Notes: generated by a model not told the origin, from the letters alone. A DNA stretch of 64,000 nt from the human T2T-CHM13v2.0 reference genome, Homo sapiens (GCF_009914755.1 NC_060935.1), one strand, 5' to 3'. Shown: positions 1 through 13,536, counted from the first letter of the stretch. Numbers and translations are program-made.

Positions 1-1309
1 TCCCAACGTTATCCTACATTTTTCTTTTAAGGGCTCATTGAACATATCATAAGGCTCTATTATGTCCACCAATCTGAGAGGGGAAAAAACAAACAAATCA
101 AGAAAAATCTTGTCTAAATAGTGTGTCATTAAAAGGTCAGAATATAGAACCTTCACAAATGTCACCCTATGTTAAATTATAATGAAGTCACTTATTAGAA
201 AATGTACATGTAAAATAATAATTAAATATAGTTTCTATGAAAAAAATCTCCAAAATAATCATCAAGATTAAATATTAGCCTTGATTCAGATTTTTCTAAG
301 ATAGTCAAAAGAGAATCAGTCTTGAAACACTGGATGTTTATGAATAGACCTTGGTGTGATTATGCACAATGGGATTAATTTTTTTAAATTAATGTTAATT
401 GCAATCAGGAAAAAGAGTCTTCTAAGGAATGAGTGGCATATTGGATGCACAATATGTGAAGATCTAATTTGCATTTACTTCGGTGACATTTCAGGGCTCC
501 TTCATAAATATTTTATTTAAACAAGTGTGTTTTCATCTCTGCGGGACTCCTCTACATGGACCAGTGAGTGGTTTAGTCATGAGGTAATTATCAAGAGGGG
601 AAAACAAAAGCAAATTGTAGTAAAGGCATCACAGGCAGCCCTATGGCCAGCTGCCTCTTTCAAAATAAACAATCAAAAGCACAAACTTTTTGATGTGGGA
701 TAAACTCTCAAGGAAAAATTAAACTGACACCTAAAGGAAATCATCCTCAAATTTTCTATTATGTATAGAGCATAGATGTTGCTTTCACTGAAGTAGCATT
801 GAGGCACTTTTATGTTTGTGCTGCAAGTGCAATTTCCCATATGGTTGGCTTAAAAACATTCATAATCTCTTCCTAACAGGTTGACTTGAGGGAACTAACA
901 AGTTCACACTCCAAAGTGTATAGAGAAAGTGGAGGAGCTTAGTGAGAGGCATAAATGGGGGAGCAATCTCACTTTTAAAAGGACAAGTATGGAGTATGTA
1001 TTTCTATTTTCTGAATGAAGTTTGAATAAAATCACCATTTGTGGAGAAGTTTTCAGTTTTCACTGCAATCTTGGAGCAATAAATGTGCATCACGACTTCC
1101 TTTTCTTTCAAATGTTTATTTGGTGGGCTCTAGGAAGGGCTTTAGACCACATCAAATCCTGAGGACCAGGCTTTGCAGATCTCTTTGAAATCTTCATATG
1201 GCCTTGCACATGTATTTTATCACACAAAAACTTTAAATCAACATTGATAGAACTGCACTTGAAAGAAAAAAAAATCTTCTAGGACATCAAGATGACAAAG
1301 TGGAATAAG

Positions 1310-1460
1310 CAAGGACTTTGGAGTTAGAATCTGACTGCACTTACTACCTTAGTGACCTTGAGTAAAATATTTAACTCTTCATTTTATTCATCTATAAAAT
1401 GGGAGTGGAAGATTGCTGTAACATTGTGCCCAGAGTAAATGCTCAAATAAATGATCAATA
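1310..1460 (+). mobile_element. MIR SINE fragment
   Basis: MIR core-like 'cacttactaccttagtgaccttgagtaaaatatttaactc...catctataaaatggg'. Confidence 0.7.
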
Positions 1461-1597
1461 AATTGATGTTGTTGGTAGTATCACCTGCCCATGTTTCCTT
1501 TCAGCCGTGGTCCACAAACATGTATATGTTTTACCATTTGTAATTATTTGTAGGCTAAATTTACTTTCTACTTTTTTGTAAACTTAGCATTTTATTA

Positions 1598-1960
1598 CCT
1601 CTTATTAGCTGTGTGTTCCTGGACAAGTTATTTAACCTCTGTGTCCTCATTTTCTCATCAGTAAAATGTATTACTAGTATCTGGGTTACTAGTTACCCAG
1701 ATAAAATACAGGCTGCCAGTTCAATTTGAATTTCAGATAAACGACAGGGAATATTGCATGGCACATAATTATACAAAACAATCATCTGTTGTTTATCTGA
1801 AATTGAAGTAGAACTGGACATCCTATATTTTTATTTGTGATGCTGACAACCCTATACTAGTACCTATCTCGCAATGCATGCGAAATACCATAGTACCTGG
1901 TATATGCTCATAGTAATTACACGTAGTAAATGCTCAATAAATACTAGCCATTATTTCTAT
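1598..1960 (+). mobile_element. MIR SINE interrupted by MER53
   Basis: 'ttattagctgtgtgttcctggacaagttatttaacctctgtgtcctcattttctcatcagtaaaatg' resumes after 1862 as 'cctatctc...agtacctgg...gtaaatgctcaataaatactagc'. Confidence 0.75.
1680..1854. mobile_element. MER53-like palindromic hAT MITE with 8-bp TSD
   Basis: Arms 1716-1747 and 1786-1817 are reverse complements (28/32); right end 'gacaaccta'-like; TSD TACTAGTA at 1672-1679 and 1855-1862. Confidence 0.8.
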
Positions 1961-2799
1961 TATTATAATTTTCCCATTGTTAACACTTATTATTACGTAA
2001 TTATTATTGTTGTGATGACTATGTATATTCCAAGAATGGGTATACCTTTTTTATTTAACCATTCTTTTGAGGCTATTCTAGCTTGTAATTTTTTTTTAGT
2101 GTGAATAATGTCTTGTATTTATAGTCCCCTGTTTCCTTTTGGGAAAATTTTTTCATGATAAATTATAAACAGTGAGCCCTAATTGCTTTCTGGTAGATCT
2201 ATGTTAGTTAGTCCTGCTACATGTCAACAGTAAATCCGCTAGCATTAGGTGTATAATGTGAACAAAAGGTTGCTAATTTAACATGGTTTAAACAGCTGCT
2301 TAGTTGTTTCAATTTGTGTTTTTTTTGTTGGTAAGACTGAATATTTTTTGTTTTGAACCTTCTTATATTTACTCTTAAGTGAATTTTTTGTGTTCTCTAC
2401 CACATTCTCTATCATGTACCAGTTTATTTTTTGAGAATCTTAATGTTTTTTTCTACCAATTTCCATTAATTAGAATGTAAATATTCTGTCAAATTAGCTC
2501 ACAGAAGGAATATTGTATAGTGAATGAGCTCAGGTTGTCTGACTATAATCAACCCATTATATTAAAGTGTCTTTTGAAATTTCAGGGGTGGTTCAATAAA
2601 TAGGGATTCGTTGTAACACTATTTTCCAATGCAAAATGCTGCATTTATTTATAAGAAATATGAAAAAGTTGTTATAATTTGAATCTCTTTTTCTTTATGT
2701 TTTCTTTCCCACTCCAACCTACCCCACCCTACCCTTGTGCAGCTGTTACTTAACCATGTTGAATTGATCAATCTTTTCTAGTTATAATTAAGTTAAATT

Positions 2800-3230
2800 C
2801 CAAAAACATTTATTGAGGGCCCCTTAAGTGCTATGTACAAGGTTGGGCATCTGTCATTCAAAGATACATTAGACATGCTTACTGCCTCTATGGAATTGAC
2901 ATAAAACAATAATGGCAATTAATAAAATCAAGAAGGGAGATATCTACTGGATACAGTACAGAAAAAAGAGGAGAGAAGTAATTAGCTGACTTGAGTGGAT
3001 CTGCAGAGGCTTCCTACAGAAGTCTATTCTTGGGCAGAAGAGTTTGTCTGGAACTAGTTGGTGGGAAGAGCATTCTAGGAATTTACAAAGGTCCTAACAC
3101 AGAAGAGGATGGATCCTGGGTAACAGTAAGTTGAGTGTGTGTTGGCAATGTTGAGAGATGGATCTGCTCTAGTAAACAATGGTCAAATCAGATCACGAAA
3201 GCCCCTGTATGCCATTGCCAAAAACCCACT
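2800..3230 (-). mobile_element. L2 LINE 3' fragment
   Basis: Begins with reverse-complement L2 tail 'aacatttattgagggcc...gtgctatg', followed by purine-rich decayed L2 sequence. Confidence 0.6.
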
Positions 3231-4079
3231 GAGGACTAACTGGAGCACTCTGACACAGAAATCTTGAAAGAAGTACAATTTATATCATAAGCCCAAAGCA
3301 AAGCACACCAGGAGATTTCAGTTCCATGAATGCAGCTTCTGAAGTCTTCCTGGTTCCTTATGGAAAATATACTCAGGTTACTGGCAAATATGTTCTTTCT
3401 GTCCAAGGTAAGGTCCTAACAGATTGGAATCAATGAATGGAAGTTTACCCATTTTAGATCCCCAACATATCACCCTGAAACCCAACTGTAATTACCTTGA
3501 ATAGTTGTAAATACTGCCTTTAGCAAGTTTAGTCATCTGGTTCAAACATCTGGATTCCAGATATAATTCCTGACTATGCCAACAGTGACATCTTGCTTCC
3601 TTGCCTGGTTATTTAGTAATGAAAAAGCAGTGTGTTCAGCTGCATTGTAACTATCCAGTCTGTGGATGTGCACAGTCTGTTTTCTCTGAAGTTATAGGGC
3701 CCAAGAGGGAATACGCATGGCAGGCCTGCCTAGTGCCCACCAAGCCACGCTGTAGAGATAGTTCTTTATTGTGTGTACAGGGTCTGCCAATTAACAGGCA
3801 TAATTTTAAAAAATAATTGAATTGAATGCCCTTAAGTGGGTCACAGGCTGTCCATTTCTAATATCTGCCTCCTCGTCCCCACCACATACATGTACACTTT
3901 GCTTATCACATTTTTGGGACATGCCTGCCTATTGAAGACATCTTAGTTTGTATCAGCTGTAGCACTGCAGAACCATTAAAAGAGTTTACGCTGAAAATTC
4001 AGGTGAGTTTTATCCCTTAATTAGGTATTCTGGAGACAGGATAAACATTGATTGGAGAGGTTATAGTAGGGGATGCCAG

Positions 4080-5760
4080 TTATTTGCTCACCATATATTT
4101 ATTGAGCATCTACTAAGTACCAGGCTCTATCCTAGGTATGTACAAATGTAGATACCTAGACACAGTATTGTACATACAGTAGGGAATGAAACAGAAAATT
4201 AAAAGTTTGCCCTCATGAAACTTACATTTTGGGAAAATGATAATAGGTACATAAATTATATTGTATGTTAGATAGTAGTAAGTGCTAAGGGAAAAAACAA
4301 GGCATGGAAAGAGATCAAGACATAAAGACTAAACTGGCACCACTGAGAAGTTGACAAATGAGTAAAGGTCAGAAGGAAATGTGGGAGCAAGATACACACG
4401 TAGCAGGGGGAAGAGCGTTCCAGGCAGGAGAGCGGCGGGTACAAAGGTCTCAAGGCAGGAGCATGCTTGACGTGTTCAGATATTAGCCAAGGGTTAGTAT
4501 GACTGTAGTGAGGTTGGCAAAAAGAGAGTAGTAGTAGATGAGGTCAGAGAGGTGATGGCAGACTGATTGTAGGCCTCTATAAGCCATTTTAAAAAAGTGA
4601 CTTTTACTTGCAGTAAGATAGGAAGCCATTAGCAAGTTTTAACAGAAGAGAGATAACATCTGACTTAGGAAGAGAAAGGATCACTCTGACCAGCACATAG
4701 AAAACAGACTATAGGAGGGGAAGGTTGAAGTTAGGGAGAGGAGTTATAAAGCTGTTGTAATCATGTAGGTGAAAGATGGTGGTGGCTTGGACCAGAGTGA
4801 TAGCAGTGGAGATAGTAGGAGGTGGTCAGATTCTGGGTAGCTGGAAGGTGGAGATGACAACATTTACTAATAGATGGATATTGAGTGTGAAAGACAGAGA
4901 GGAGTCAAGACTAAGACTGTGGCCTGAGCAGCTAGGAGAATAGAGTTGTAGGAGAAGTAATTTTGAGGGGAATGACCAGCAGCTCAGTTCTTGATGTGGG
5001 ATATTGGAAATGCTTATTAGTGAGCCCAGTGGGGATACAGACTAGCCGTCTGGATATATGAGCCTGGAGTTTGGGAAAGATGGCTAGGCTGAAGGTATAA
5101 ACATGGGAGTCATCAGCATGTATGTGATATGGGTCTGGCTGAAATTATCTAGGAAGGCACAGTGAATGGGAGAGTGAAGGGGACCCGCACTAAGTTCTGG
5201 AACTGTCCAACGGTAAGAGGCTAGAGAGAACTTGAGGAACTACAAAGGAAGATTAATGAAGAGAGACTAGAAATGAAAGAGAAAATCCAAGCAAGAGTGT
5301 TGACCTGGAACCCAGGATGAAGAAGAAGGTGATCAAATAAGAAGGAATAAGCAGCTGTGTCAAGTGCTACTGTTAGGTCAAGCAGAATGAAGACTGGGCA
5401 CTCACCATTGCAGGTAGTGATGCAGGGGTCATTGGAAGTAATGTTGACAAGCATTTTTGATAGAGAGGTGGGAACAAGAGCCTGATTGGCATGGCTGTAA
5501 AAGAGATTGAAGGGAGAGGAATTGGGGCAGTAAAGACAGAATAGTCTTTTAAGTTTTTCTGCTGACAAGAGCAAATAAATGGCATAGTAGTTGCTAGTGA
5601 GGGAAGTGAGATCAAGGGTTGTATTTATTTATTTATTCGTAAGTTAGGAGACTTAACAGCACCAAGGTGAAGGGAATGACTAGTACAGAACAAAAAATCA
5701 TGATATAGGATAAAGAGGGGAGGATTGCTAGAATGATATCCTTGGTTGAGAAGTTGGGTA
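4080..5760 (-). mobile_element. L2 (L2a-like) LINE, ~1.7 kb from 3' end into RT
   Basis: 3' tail 'atatttattgagcatctactaagtaccaggc'; minus ORF 5221-5574 contains 'LVNITSND...VFILLDLTVALDT', a decayed RT motif (VTNDL...LILLDLSAAFDT). Confidence 0.85.
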
Positions 5761-5844
5761 CATTTCCCAAAAGTTCAGTGTAGGCATTTAGGCACCAAAG
5801 GCACATAGATGATATTTAAAACCAAAACATCTAGATGAGCTTAC

Positions 5845-6188
5845 TGTCTTAGTCCATTTGCACTGCCCTAGCAAAACTACCATAAGCTGGGTAGCTTATG
5901 AACAACAGACATTTATTTCTCACAGTTCTGGAGGCTAGAAAGTCCAAGAGCAAGGAGCTGGCAGATGCTGTGTCAGGTGAGGGCGTGTTCCTCATAGACA
6001 GCACCTTCTCTCTGTGTCCTCACATGGTGGAAGGGGTTTCTTTCATAAGGGCATTAATCCCATTCATGGGGGCTCTGCTCTCATAGTCTAGTCACTTCCC
6101 CAAAGGCCCCAACTCTTAGCATTATCATACTAGGGATTAGGTTTCAACATACAAATTTGGGGAGGACACAAACATTCAGATCTTCACA
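5845..6188 (-). mobile_element. MLT1A-type MaLR solo LTR with 5-bp TSD
   Basis: TG...CA ends; 'atttatttctcacagttctggaggctagaaagtccaag'; TSD CTTAC at 5840-5844 and 6189-6193. Confidence 0.9.
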
Positions 6189-6193
6189 CTTAC

Positions 6194-7700
6194 CAAGGGG
6201 TGAATAAAAATAGAAAAGAAGTCAAACAACTGGTTAGAAGTCAGAGAAATGTGCAGGAACCAATAAGGAGACTGAGAGGGACCAGAAAGTAACGTGGAGA
6301 AAAATCAAGAACATGATGGCTTGGAAATTAAGAAAGTATTCCTACGTGGAAGGAAGGATCCCCTGAGTTAAATGCCCCTGATAGGTCAAGTAAGATGACA
6401 ACCAAGAACTGACCATTGCATTTAATAACATGGAGGCTAATTGGTGACCTTGAACTGAATGATTTTGGGAGTGGTGCCTCAGTGGAACTGGTGAAAGTCT
6501 AACTAGAGTCTTTCTAAAAGAGAATGAGAGGAGAGAAATTGAGAGAAAAGAGTATAAGCCATTTTTTGGAATTATTTTGTGAAGGGAGAGGAGAGGAGAA
6601 ACTGATTCAAAGGATGGCTTTTAAAGGAAAGACAAAATAACTGTATGTTTGTATGCTGGAGAGAGGGAAAAATGATGTAGAGGATTAAACTGCTGGAGTG
6701 ATGTGCTGAGTAGGTTGAGTAGGTGGGTTTTTCAACAACAGTTTGTTTATTGTCATGAAGTCAGGGCAGAATATATGGGCACAGGTGGGCAGATGTGGTT
6801 TGGGAATCTTGCAGAAGTTTGCCTTCTGATTGCTCTTGTATTCTTGGTGAAATAGGAAGCAGCAAGGTTATAAGCTGAGAGTGAGGATGGTTAGGAAGTA
6901 ATGGCAATTTGAAAATAAGAGAGTTATAAATGTTTAGGAGAGTGGAAGAGCAAATGGATTAGGGAAGGAAGTGTAATTGCCAGGCAATACTAAGCACCTG
7001 CTTGAAGTTGGCGATCATGAATTTAAAGTAATTTCCATCAGCATAGGTGTGTGTGTTTCTTCCATGTTCAGCTCTTTTTTTTGCAGGCATGGAAGAGAGG
7101 GAAGTTTGTGTTTAAGCCGGGGTTGTGTGTATGAGAACAAGGAAAGAGTAGCAAAAGAGTTGAGGGTATGTAGAATAGATTGGAATGATTGATTCTGAAA
7201 TTTCATTGGAGTAAGGAGAGAAAAGCGGATATGTAAAAGGATTAGGGATAGTGAAGACGTGGTAGGATTAATGGATTGTAGGTCCTGGAGGGGTGGAATG
7301 CTTGTTGAGAATGCAGTGAGGAGAAGGGGGCCAGAGAATGAGATGTTTGAAATCAAGATTCTGGAGGAGCTGCAACTGTTGACATGACCACGTCCAGGAC
7401 ATGATCATGAGAGGCATGATGGGGAGAGGGGGACAAATGATTGAAGACAGGAGCTCAAAGAACTACAGGCCCAGGGTTTTGGAAGTGTTATCGACATGGA
7501 TATTGGCTTTGCTGAGAATTATGACAAAAGTAGTTTTGGAGAGAGTGACAGTAAGCGAGCAACTGGGCTCTCCCAGGAATGTGGGGGAAGCGACCTGAGG
7601 AATGATAGATGTCTGCAACAAGGATGGGCAGTTGTGGTGTAGTGGTGTGTTCAGACAATATGAGATTTAAAGCTGGGTGTTTTTTAAAGAAAACAGCAGC
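6194..7700 (-). mobile_element. Second L2 LINE copy (ORF2 remnant)
   Basis: Repeats the RT-region signature 'aggtcaagtaagatgac...ctgaccattg' (~6383-6418) also seen at ~5375-5410; purine-rich decayed L2. Confidence 0.75.
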
Positions 7701-10700
7701 AGGCAGTAAACTATTAATTTTTACTTAAGCAGAAGTGTTGAAGGAATATTTTAAGTCAGTAGAGATGCCTTAAGAGATATTTAAGAGATAAAATAATTAG
7801 TACAATGATATGAAATAGAGAGAGATCCTGATTCCCAATTTTTTTTGCATATGTGCCTGGAAAGATGTGCTTATAACTTATTAGGTTTACCATAGGAAGT
7901 CAAGCACATTTTGTGGGAAAATAATGAGATTGATTTTAAACACATTAAGTTTGGGATGTGTATGACATCTCATGCAGATGTCCAGGGCAGTTGACTGGTG
8001 GAAAACTGGGAAGAAGTTACTGGAAATAAGGAGGGTGAAAAGCGATTGAATGTCAAGGCCCCTTGCAACTCAAAGATTTTTGTAAAGTGGTTCCCAGTTC
8101 CAGGTATGCATCAAAATCAGTTAAGGAACTTTTGAAGACACAACTGCCCTGTCCCAAGATTGACTAAGTCAGCCTTCAGGGGTGACACCTAAAATACCTC
8201 TACACAGCTAGGGTTGCAAATGACTTGCACTTACGGCCTTCGTGGTTTACAATTACTTTTTACAGCCCCTTGGTCAAAATAAATGCTCAAACTGTCTATG
8301 TAAAACTTTTATAAAATATTAGGCAAGGAAACCCAAACTCGAAAATGTGTTTACTATCTATCATGGATTCTTTTTTTTTTTTTTTTGTAGCCACAGTGAA
8401 TTATCTCAAATTATTTGTAAGTACAGCTACTATTGGCACAATTACTAATAAATTCTGTAGAAAATTTAGCTGTAGGATGTAACTGTAGTGTCCTAGCCCT
8501 AAGTAAAATCATGGTCTTCTTTATCGCTAGGCAAGTAATATGATTATCATTTGTTCTTATTTTAGGATAACCATACGGTACATAAACCCTGTGAAAACTC
8601 TAACTAGGCCATGAGGTTAGAGAATAACATGGTTGCTTGATTCCTGTAGGCTATAAATCATCCTAGCCAATATGCTCACTTCTTGTCAGAAAAACCTGTG
8701 AAACAGAGAAAGAAGCTGGACAAGAATGAGGAGGCCACATTAGAATCACTTTTAACTTGGGATTCAGAGGATCCCAAGTTAAACATATTTCCATTCTTAT
8801 TTTTTTAGATAATATGGATGTCAATTGTTGGCATAGCTGAGCTAGCTCTGAAGGCTTCCCAAATTATTTCAGAGGGAATGAGAAAACAGTGCTGCTTGCT
8901 CTTCTTTAATCTGTTCCACCGTGACTGCTACTTTAGATTTAATATAACTGTAATATCCCGAATTTATAGGTCATCCTTCTTCTGGGGCTTTTAAAGTACT
9001 TTGTGTGTATTACTTTAATTTTGAGGGAACTCAGATTCATCATCTTATGGAATCTATTTCAGAGGGAATCTACAAAGAGAACTAGAAAGTCCCCCAAAGT
9101 GTTTCTTTTTTTTCTTCCAGATGCCTTTGGTAGGAACATTCATTGATTCTAACTCCACACTGCTTTAGAGGCCATTTATGTGTGGATTACTGTAGGCTGC
9201 TCTGGGGGAAAATCTAATCCCCACAGGTTCAGTTAGAGAGGATCCACTCTGCACGCTGATAAAGATTAAAACTGCAGCTCTTTTCGATTACATTGTCTTC
9301 TTTTTTTATCTTTTAATTTTTGTATTATCTTATGCTTCAGTAATTCAATCACATCTGCCTTCCCAGTGCCTCAGTATGTGGAAACTGGGAAGTTAAATTG
9401 GGCAGAGTAACAAAACAGGAGCTCTACTTCATATGCCTTTGTTGTAAAATGTGATGTCTTAGGGTTTGCAGTGGTGTCCCATAGTGCTATAGACAATCAT
9501 CAGATTTGACCCAGGGAAACTCCTGGAGAAAAGTGAGTAGTAAATAGTGGCCTTAATGATGCAATCAGAACATGGGGGATTGTCAGAAGAGGATCAGAGT
9601 TAGCTTTGTAGTACTTGATTCCTTAAATGTTTAGGAAGTAGTTTCATTAAATATAGTAAAACATTTGTCTACTGATTTATATAGTTTTTAATCTTCTCTT
9701 TTTCCAAAACCTCATGCTAATTAAATTAACATTCCTATAAAAAACATACTGAATACAATATATATCATTAAGTGAGACTTATTTTAGGTTCATAAATAGT
9801 ACAATAAACTGTAAAGACTTAGAAGTCATAAACTTTTACTTTTCATTAATGAAGCAATATGTGAATATATAAAACCAAGTTTGTTATAACTTTATAAATT
9901 AGAAAAATTAGAATTATGTTGGAGACTACAATACTTCACTGATAGAATACATCAACTAGACTAAATACATAGAGGATAGAAGTTATAGAGTTAAAATAAT
10001 AAAGAAAAATCATGTTCACGAAACATTTAAAAAATTAATCAGCACATGATTAATTTTTTAGACATGACAATAAAAAGGAAAAGTTAAATCCAACAGGTAA
10101 AAATCGCATGGGCCACATTTACTGACCATAAAATAATCAATGAGAGATTAAGAAGTAACAATAACAATGCCAAAACTCTAAACACTTAAAAATTGAACTC
10201 TTTCAGAGATCTCTTGAGTTAAAAAAAATCAGAAATGGACACTGAAATTATAGACATTGAGAATACAATGGAGTATAACCAAAGCTATATCTAGATGACA
10301 ATTTCTAATTCTCAGTTGTTAATAGCAAATAAATACAGCAATAGAAAAAAAAATGCGTTGAAGTTAAGAGCCTAAAAATAGAAAGGTAAAGCAAATCAAA
10401 AGAGGAAAAAAAATAAGAGCAAAGCATCAATAAAACCAAAAGAAGAAATTACTGAATTAGAAAGTGAAAAATCCCAAAGAAGCAGTGTTAATAAATAAAA
10501 CCCAGGTGTGTCTTTCTGAAATAAAAAATAAATAAATATTGTGCTATTCCGATCAAGGAAAAAATGAGAAAACACAAATATAAAGCAAAAAGAATAAGAA
10601 AGAGGATTTAATAACAGATACAGAAGACAATAGAAAGCACAAGAAGATGGCATACATGCCAATGATGTAGAAATACAAATTGAGTGGAAGTCATAAACAT

Positions 10701-11419
10701 CTCAGAGTGAGTATAAAAATATTTAGAAGAAATTGAAAGGTAGTCAAAGAACTTTCTGTGTAAAAAGGTATAGGCCTAAATATTTTTATAGGTTAAGTTT
10801 AACAAAATATTAAGTACTACATCAGCCCTCTTATTTGTCGGAACCACAAATAGTCATTACAAATTTGTTTTAAGTTGTCATTGCAACAAAAGTTTTCAGT
10901 GAGCACAAGAATTAAAGGTCATCAGCACTTCCATTAACAATTACTGTTAATACTTTTACCAGAAGTGGAATTGCTAGGCTTATGCACGTTAAATATTTTG
11001 ATATAAAATTATCAAATTGTCCTCTAGAAAGGTTTAACAATTCATATACTGTAAAAACTATACTGTGGCATAGAAAAAATATGGAAGGCATCCTAATTTA
11101 CTTTGTGAGGCTAGTATCACACTAATATCAAATCTGACAAAGACAATAGTAAAAAAATCTTGATACCAATCTCAGTTAAGCATATAAATATATTGTAAAT
11201 AATAGAAAACAAATACAGCTTTGTATTAAAAATACTGATGTACTGTAACCTGGTAGGGGTTTAAGACTACAGGAATGGTAAAGCACTAGGAAGCCTAGTA
11301 TTACAGTAATAGGTTTTTTGGTTGTTGTTTTATATATATAATTATTTTAACTTTTGACGATGTATGCAACATAAGTCACAAACTTGACACATTTTTCTCT
11401 ATCTCCAGTCATTCTCTGG

Positions 11420-11875
11420 TTTTAAAAATATAACTTTATCGAGACGTGTTTTACATATTGTAGAGTTCACTCTGAAAGTGTACAATGGAATTATTTTTTA
11501 GTAAATGTATGAAGTTGTGCAAGCATCACTATAAATCAGTTTTAGAACCTTTTCAACATTCCAGGAAGTTTCCTCATATCCATTCTCTGTTAATCCCTGC
11601 CTCAGGAGACTACTAATCTACTTTCTGTCTCTATTAATGTGTCTGTTCTAGACATTTCATATAAATGGAATCATACAATATGTGATGTCTTCTGTGACTG
11701 GGTTCCTTCACTTAGCATAATGTTTTTGAGGCCTGGCTATATCATAGCACGTGTCACTAGTTCTTTCCTTTTTATTACTGATTAGTATTCCATTAGATGG
11801 ATGTATTTCATTTTATTTATTCATTTACCAGCTGATGGACATTTGGCTTTTTTCCAATTTTGTGCTATTGTGACA
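11420..11875 (-). mobile_element. L1MB/L1ME 3' end
   Basis: 'actactaatctactttctgtctctat...ttctagacatttcatataaatggaatcatacaatatgtg...cttcacttagcataatgtttttgagg'. Confidence 0.85.
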
Positions 11876-12149
11876 TGGCAATATAGTATCTGGTAAAGAC
11901 AGCATTTCAAATCAGTTGGGGGGGTGGGAAATGGGCTATTCAGCAAATGGGGTTGAGATAATTGAGTAACTATTTGGGAAAAAACATTATATGCCTGCTC
12001 CTGAAATTTTTCATGTGGTTTAAATTTTACAAATATAACTGCTAAAATTCCAAAGGAAATTATGTGATAATCATTTTATCATCAGAATACTGTATAGATG
12101 ACAGCAAAACAATAACAGCAGGTTAGACACAGAGGTAAATTTTTAAAAT

Positions 12150-12572
12150 TCTTTCATGTAAAGAGACCTAGGAGTAGTCTGCCCAGGTCTGAGAGTCTCT
12201 AGGTAGTCTTAAGATTCAGGTTCTTTCTGTCTTTCTATGTTTGCCTTCTTTAGTGCATTACTTCAAATTCAAAGTCACATCATGGGCTAATATGGCTGCT
12301 GGAATTCCAGCACTTACATTTACATCCCTGAGAGAGACAAAAACCTCACTTTCGACCTGAGTCTACTCTTCTAGAGTAACCTTTCTCGAAGTCCCACTCT
12401 ATACTTGTGCTTTCATCTCATTGATCAGAATTTAGTCATATTGCCATCCCTAGCTACAAGAAGGTTGAGAAATGTAGTCTTTTAGCTTGATAAATTGTCA
12501 CTTCAAATGCAATTTAAGTTGTTATTTTGGAAAAGGGGAAAAACAGATATGGGGTGGCAACTACCAGTGTCT
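12150..12572. mobile_element. MLT1J/K-like MaLR LTR
   Basis: 'atggctgctggaattccagc...catctcattgatcagaatttagtcatattgccatccctagctacaagaaggttgagaaatgtagtc'. Confidence 0.7.
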
Positions 12573-13534
12573 GTGATCTTTGTAGTAGGTGAAGCCTTCC
12601 TTAGCGTGACCCTAAAGCCAAAAACCATAAAAGACAAGGTTGACAGATTCTGAGAAGCACAACAGCAGGAACATTTTTATTTTGCAAAGTTCATTATCAG
12701 CAAGACAAACCAAAAATGGGACAAAATAATAACAATGAATGATAGAGAATTAACATTCTTAAAGTGTACTGCTGAAATACATTAATTAGTAAGACATTTG
12801 ACTGTCTGTGCCTTTTGGAGAGAGTGTATCAATTCTTTGGTAACTCCTTAAATGTACAATAATACCATATTGACAATGTTTATTCTTATTATATAAATAT
12901 ATATTTTAAACCATGTTGACCTTTTAGCAAGAAGGTACATTTTTTTGTATGGGGCATTATTATTTTAATTCTCTCCCCTCAAGGGCACATTTTAGGCTCA
13001 TCTGTTAAATGCAGCTCATAAACGCTGTTATAGGCTGTTTGATTTAGGACAGATTCAGCTAGATTACCTGAATACTCAATTAACTGCCACAGTGAGAATC
13101 GTTTGCTTTCAGATCGATAAGAAGATCAAATCAGTAGCCATTCTCAGTTCAGTGCTTCATCAGGAAGTGAATTAAAGCAAACCCATTAGTGGTCATTTTT
13201 CTAAATGCTAATCAGTGAATTTCAAATTCTAGAAAAAAAATTGCATGTTTTTAGTGGTTATTATAGATGAGTATCTTGAACTGAGTTCAGGACTTCAGGA
13301 CATTGAAAGGGGGCCTGGTTTCTAGCCATATTACTTAGACAACAATAATTCTTCACAGCTTTCTGTTAATATCTTCTGATTTAACAGGCAAGTTGGAGCC
13401 AAGTGGCCTTTGGCTATTTGGTATCCTTGGTAACCACTGTTAGATGATGAATTGAATTAGTTAAAATTAATTTCTTGTGAAAAGCTGCTTCCATGAGAGG
13501 ATACTGACTTTGATGTTTAGATGCACAAGACACA

Positions 13535-13536
<2 letters not shown>

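Larger units (their letters stand above)
9900..12790. mobile_element. Cluster of old L1M fragments: A-rich plus-strand ORF2 remnant interrupted by other elements
   Basis: A-rich L1 ORF2-like sequence ('tgtgaggctagtatcacactaatatcaaatctgacaaagac', 'tattcagcaaatggggttgagataattg'). Confidence 0.7.

Noticed and set aside
467-474. Octamer motif ATTTGCAT
   Set aside because: A single 8-mer is expected by chance several times in 64 kb of AT-rich DNA.
8865-9069. 15-bp direct repeat tatttcagagggaat at 8865-79 and 9055-69
   Set aside because: No recognisable element or poly(A) between the copies; could be chance in AT-rich DNA.
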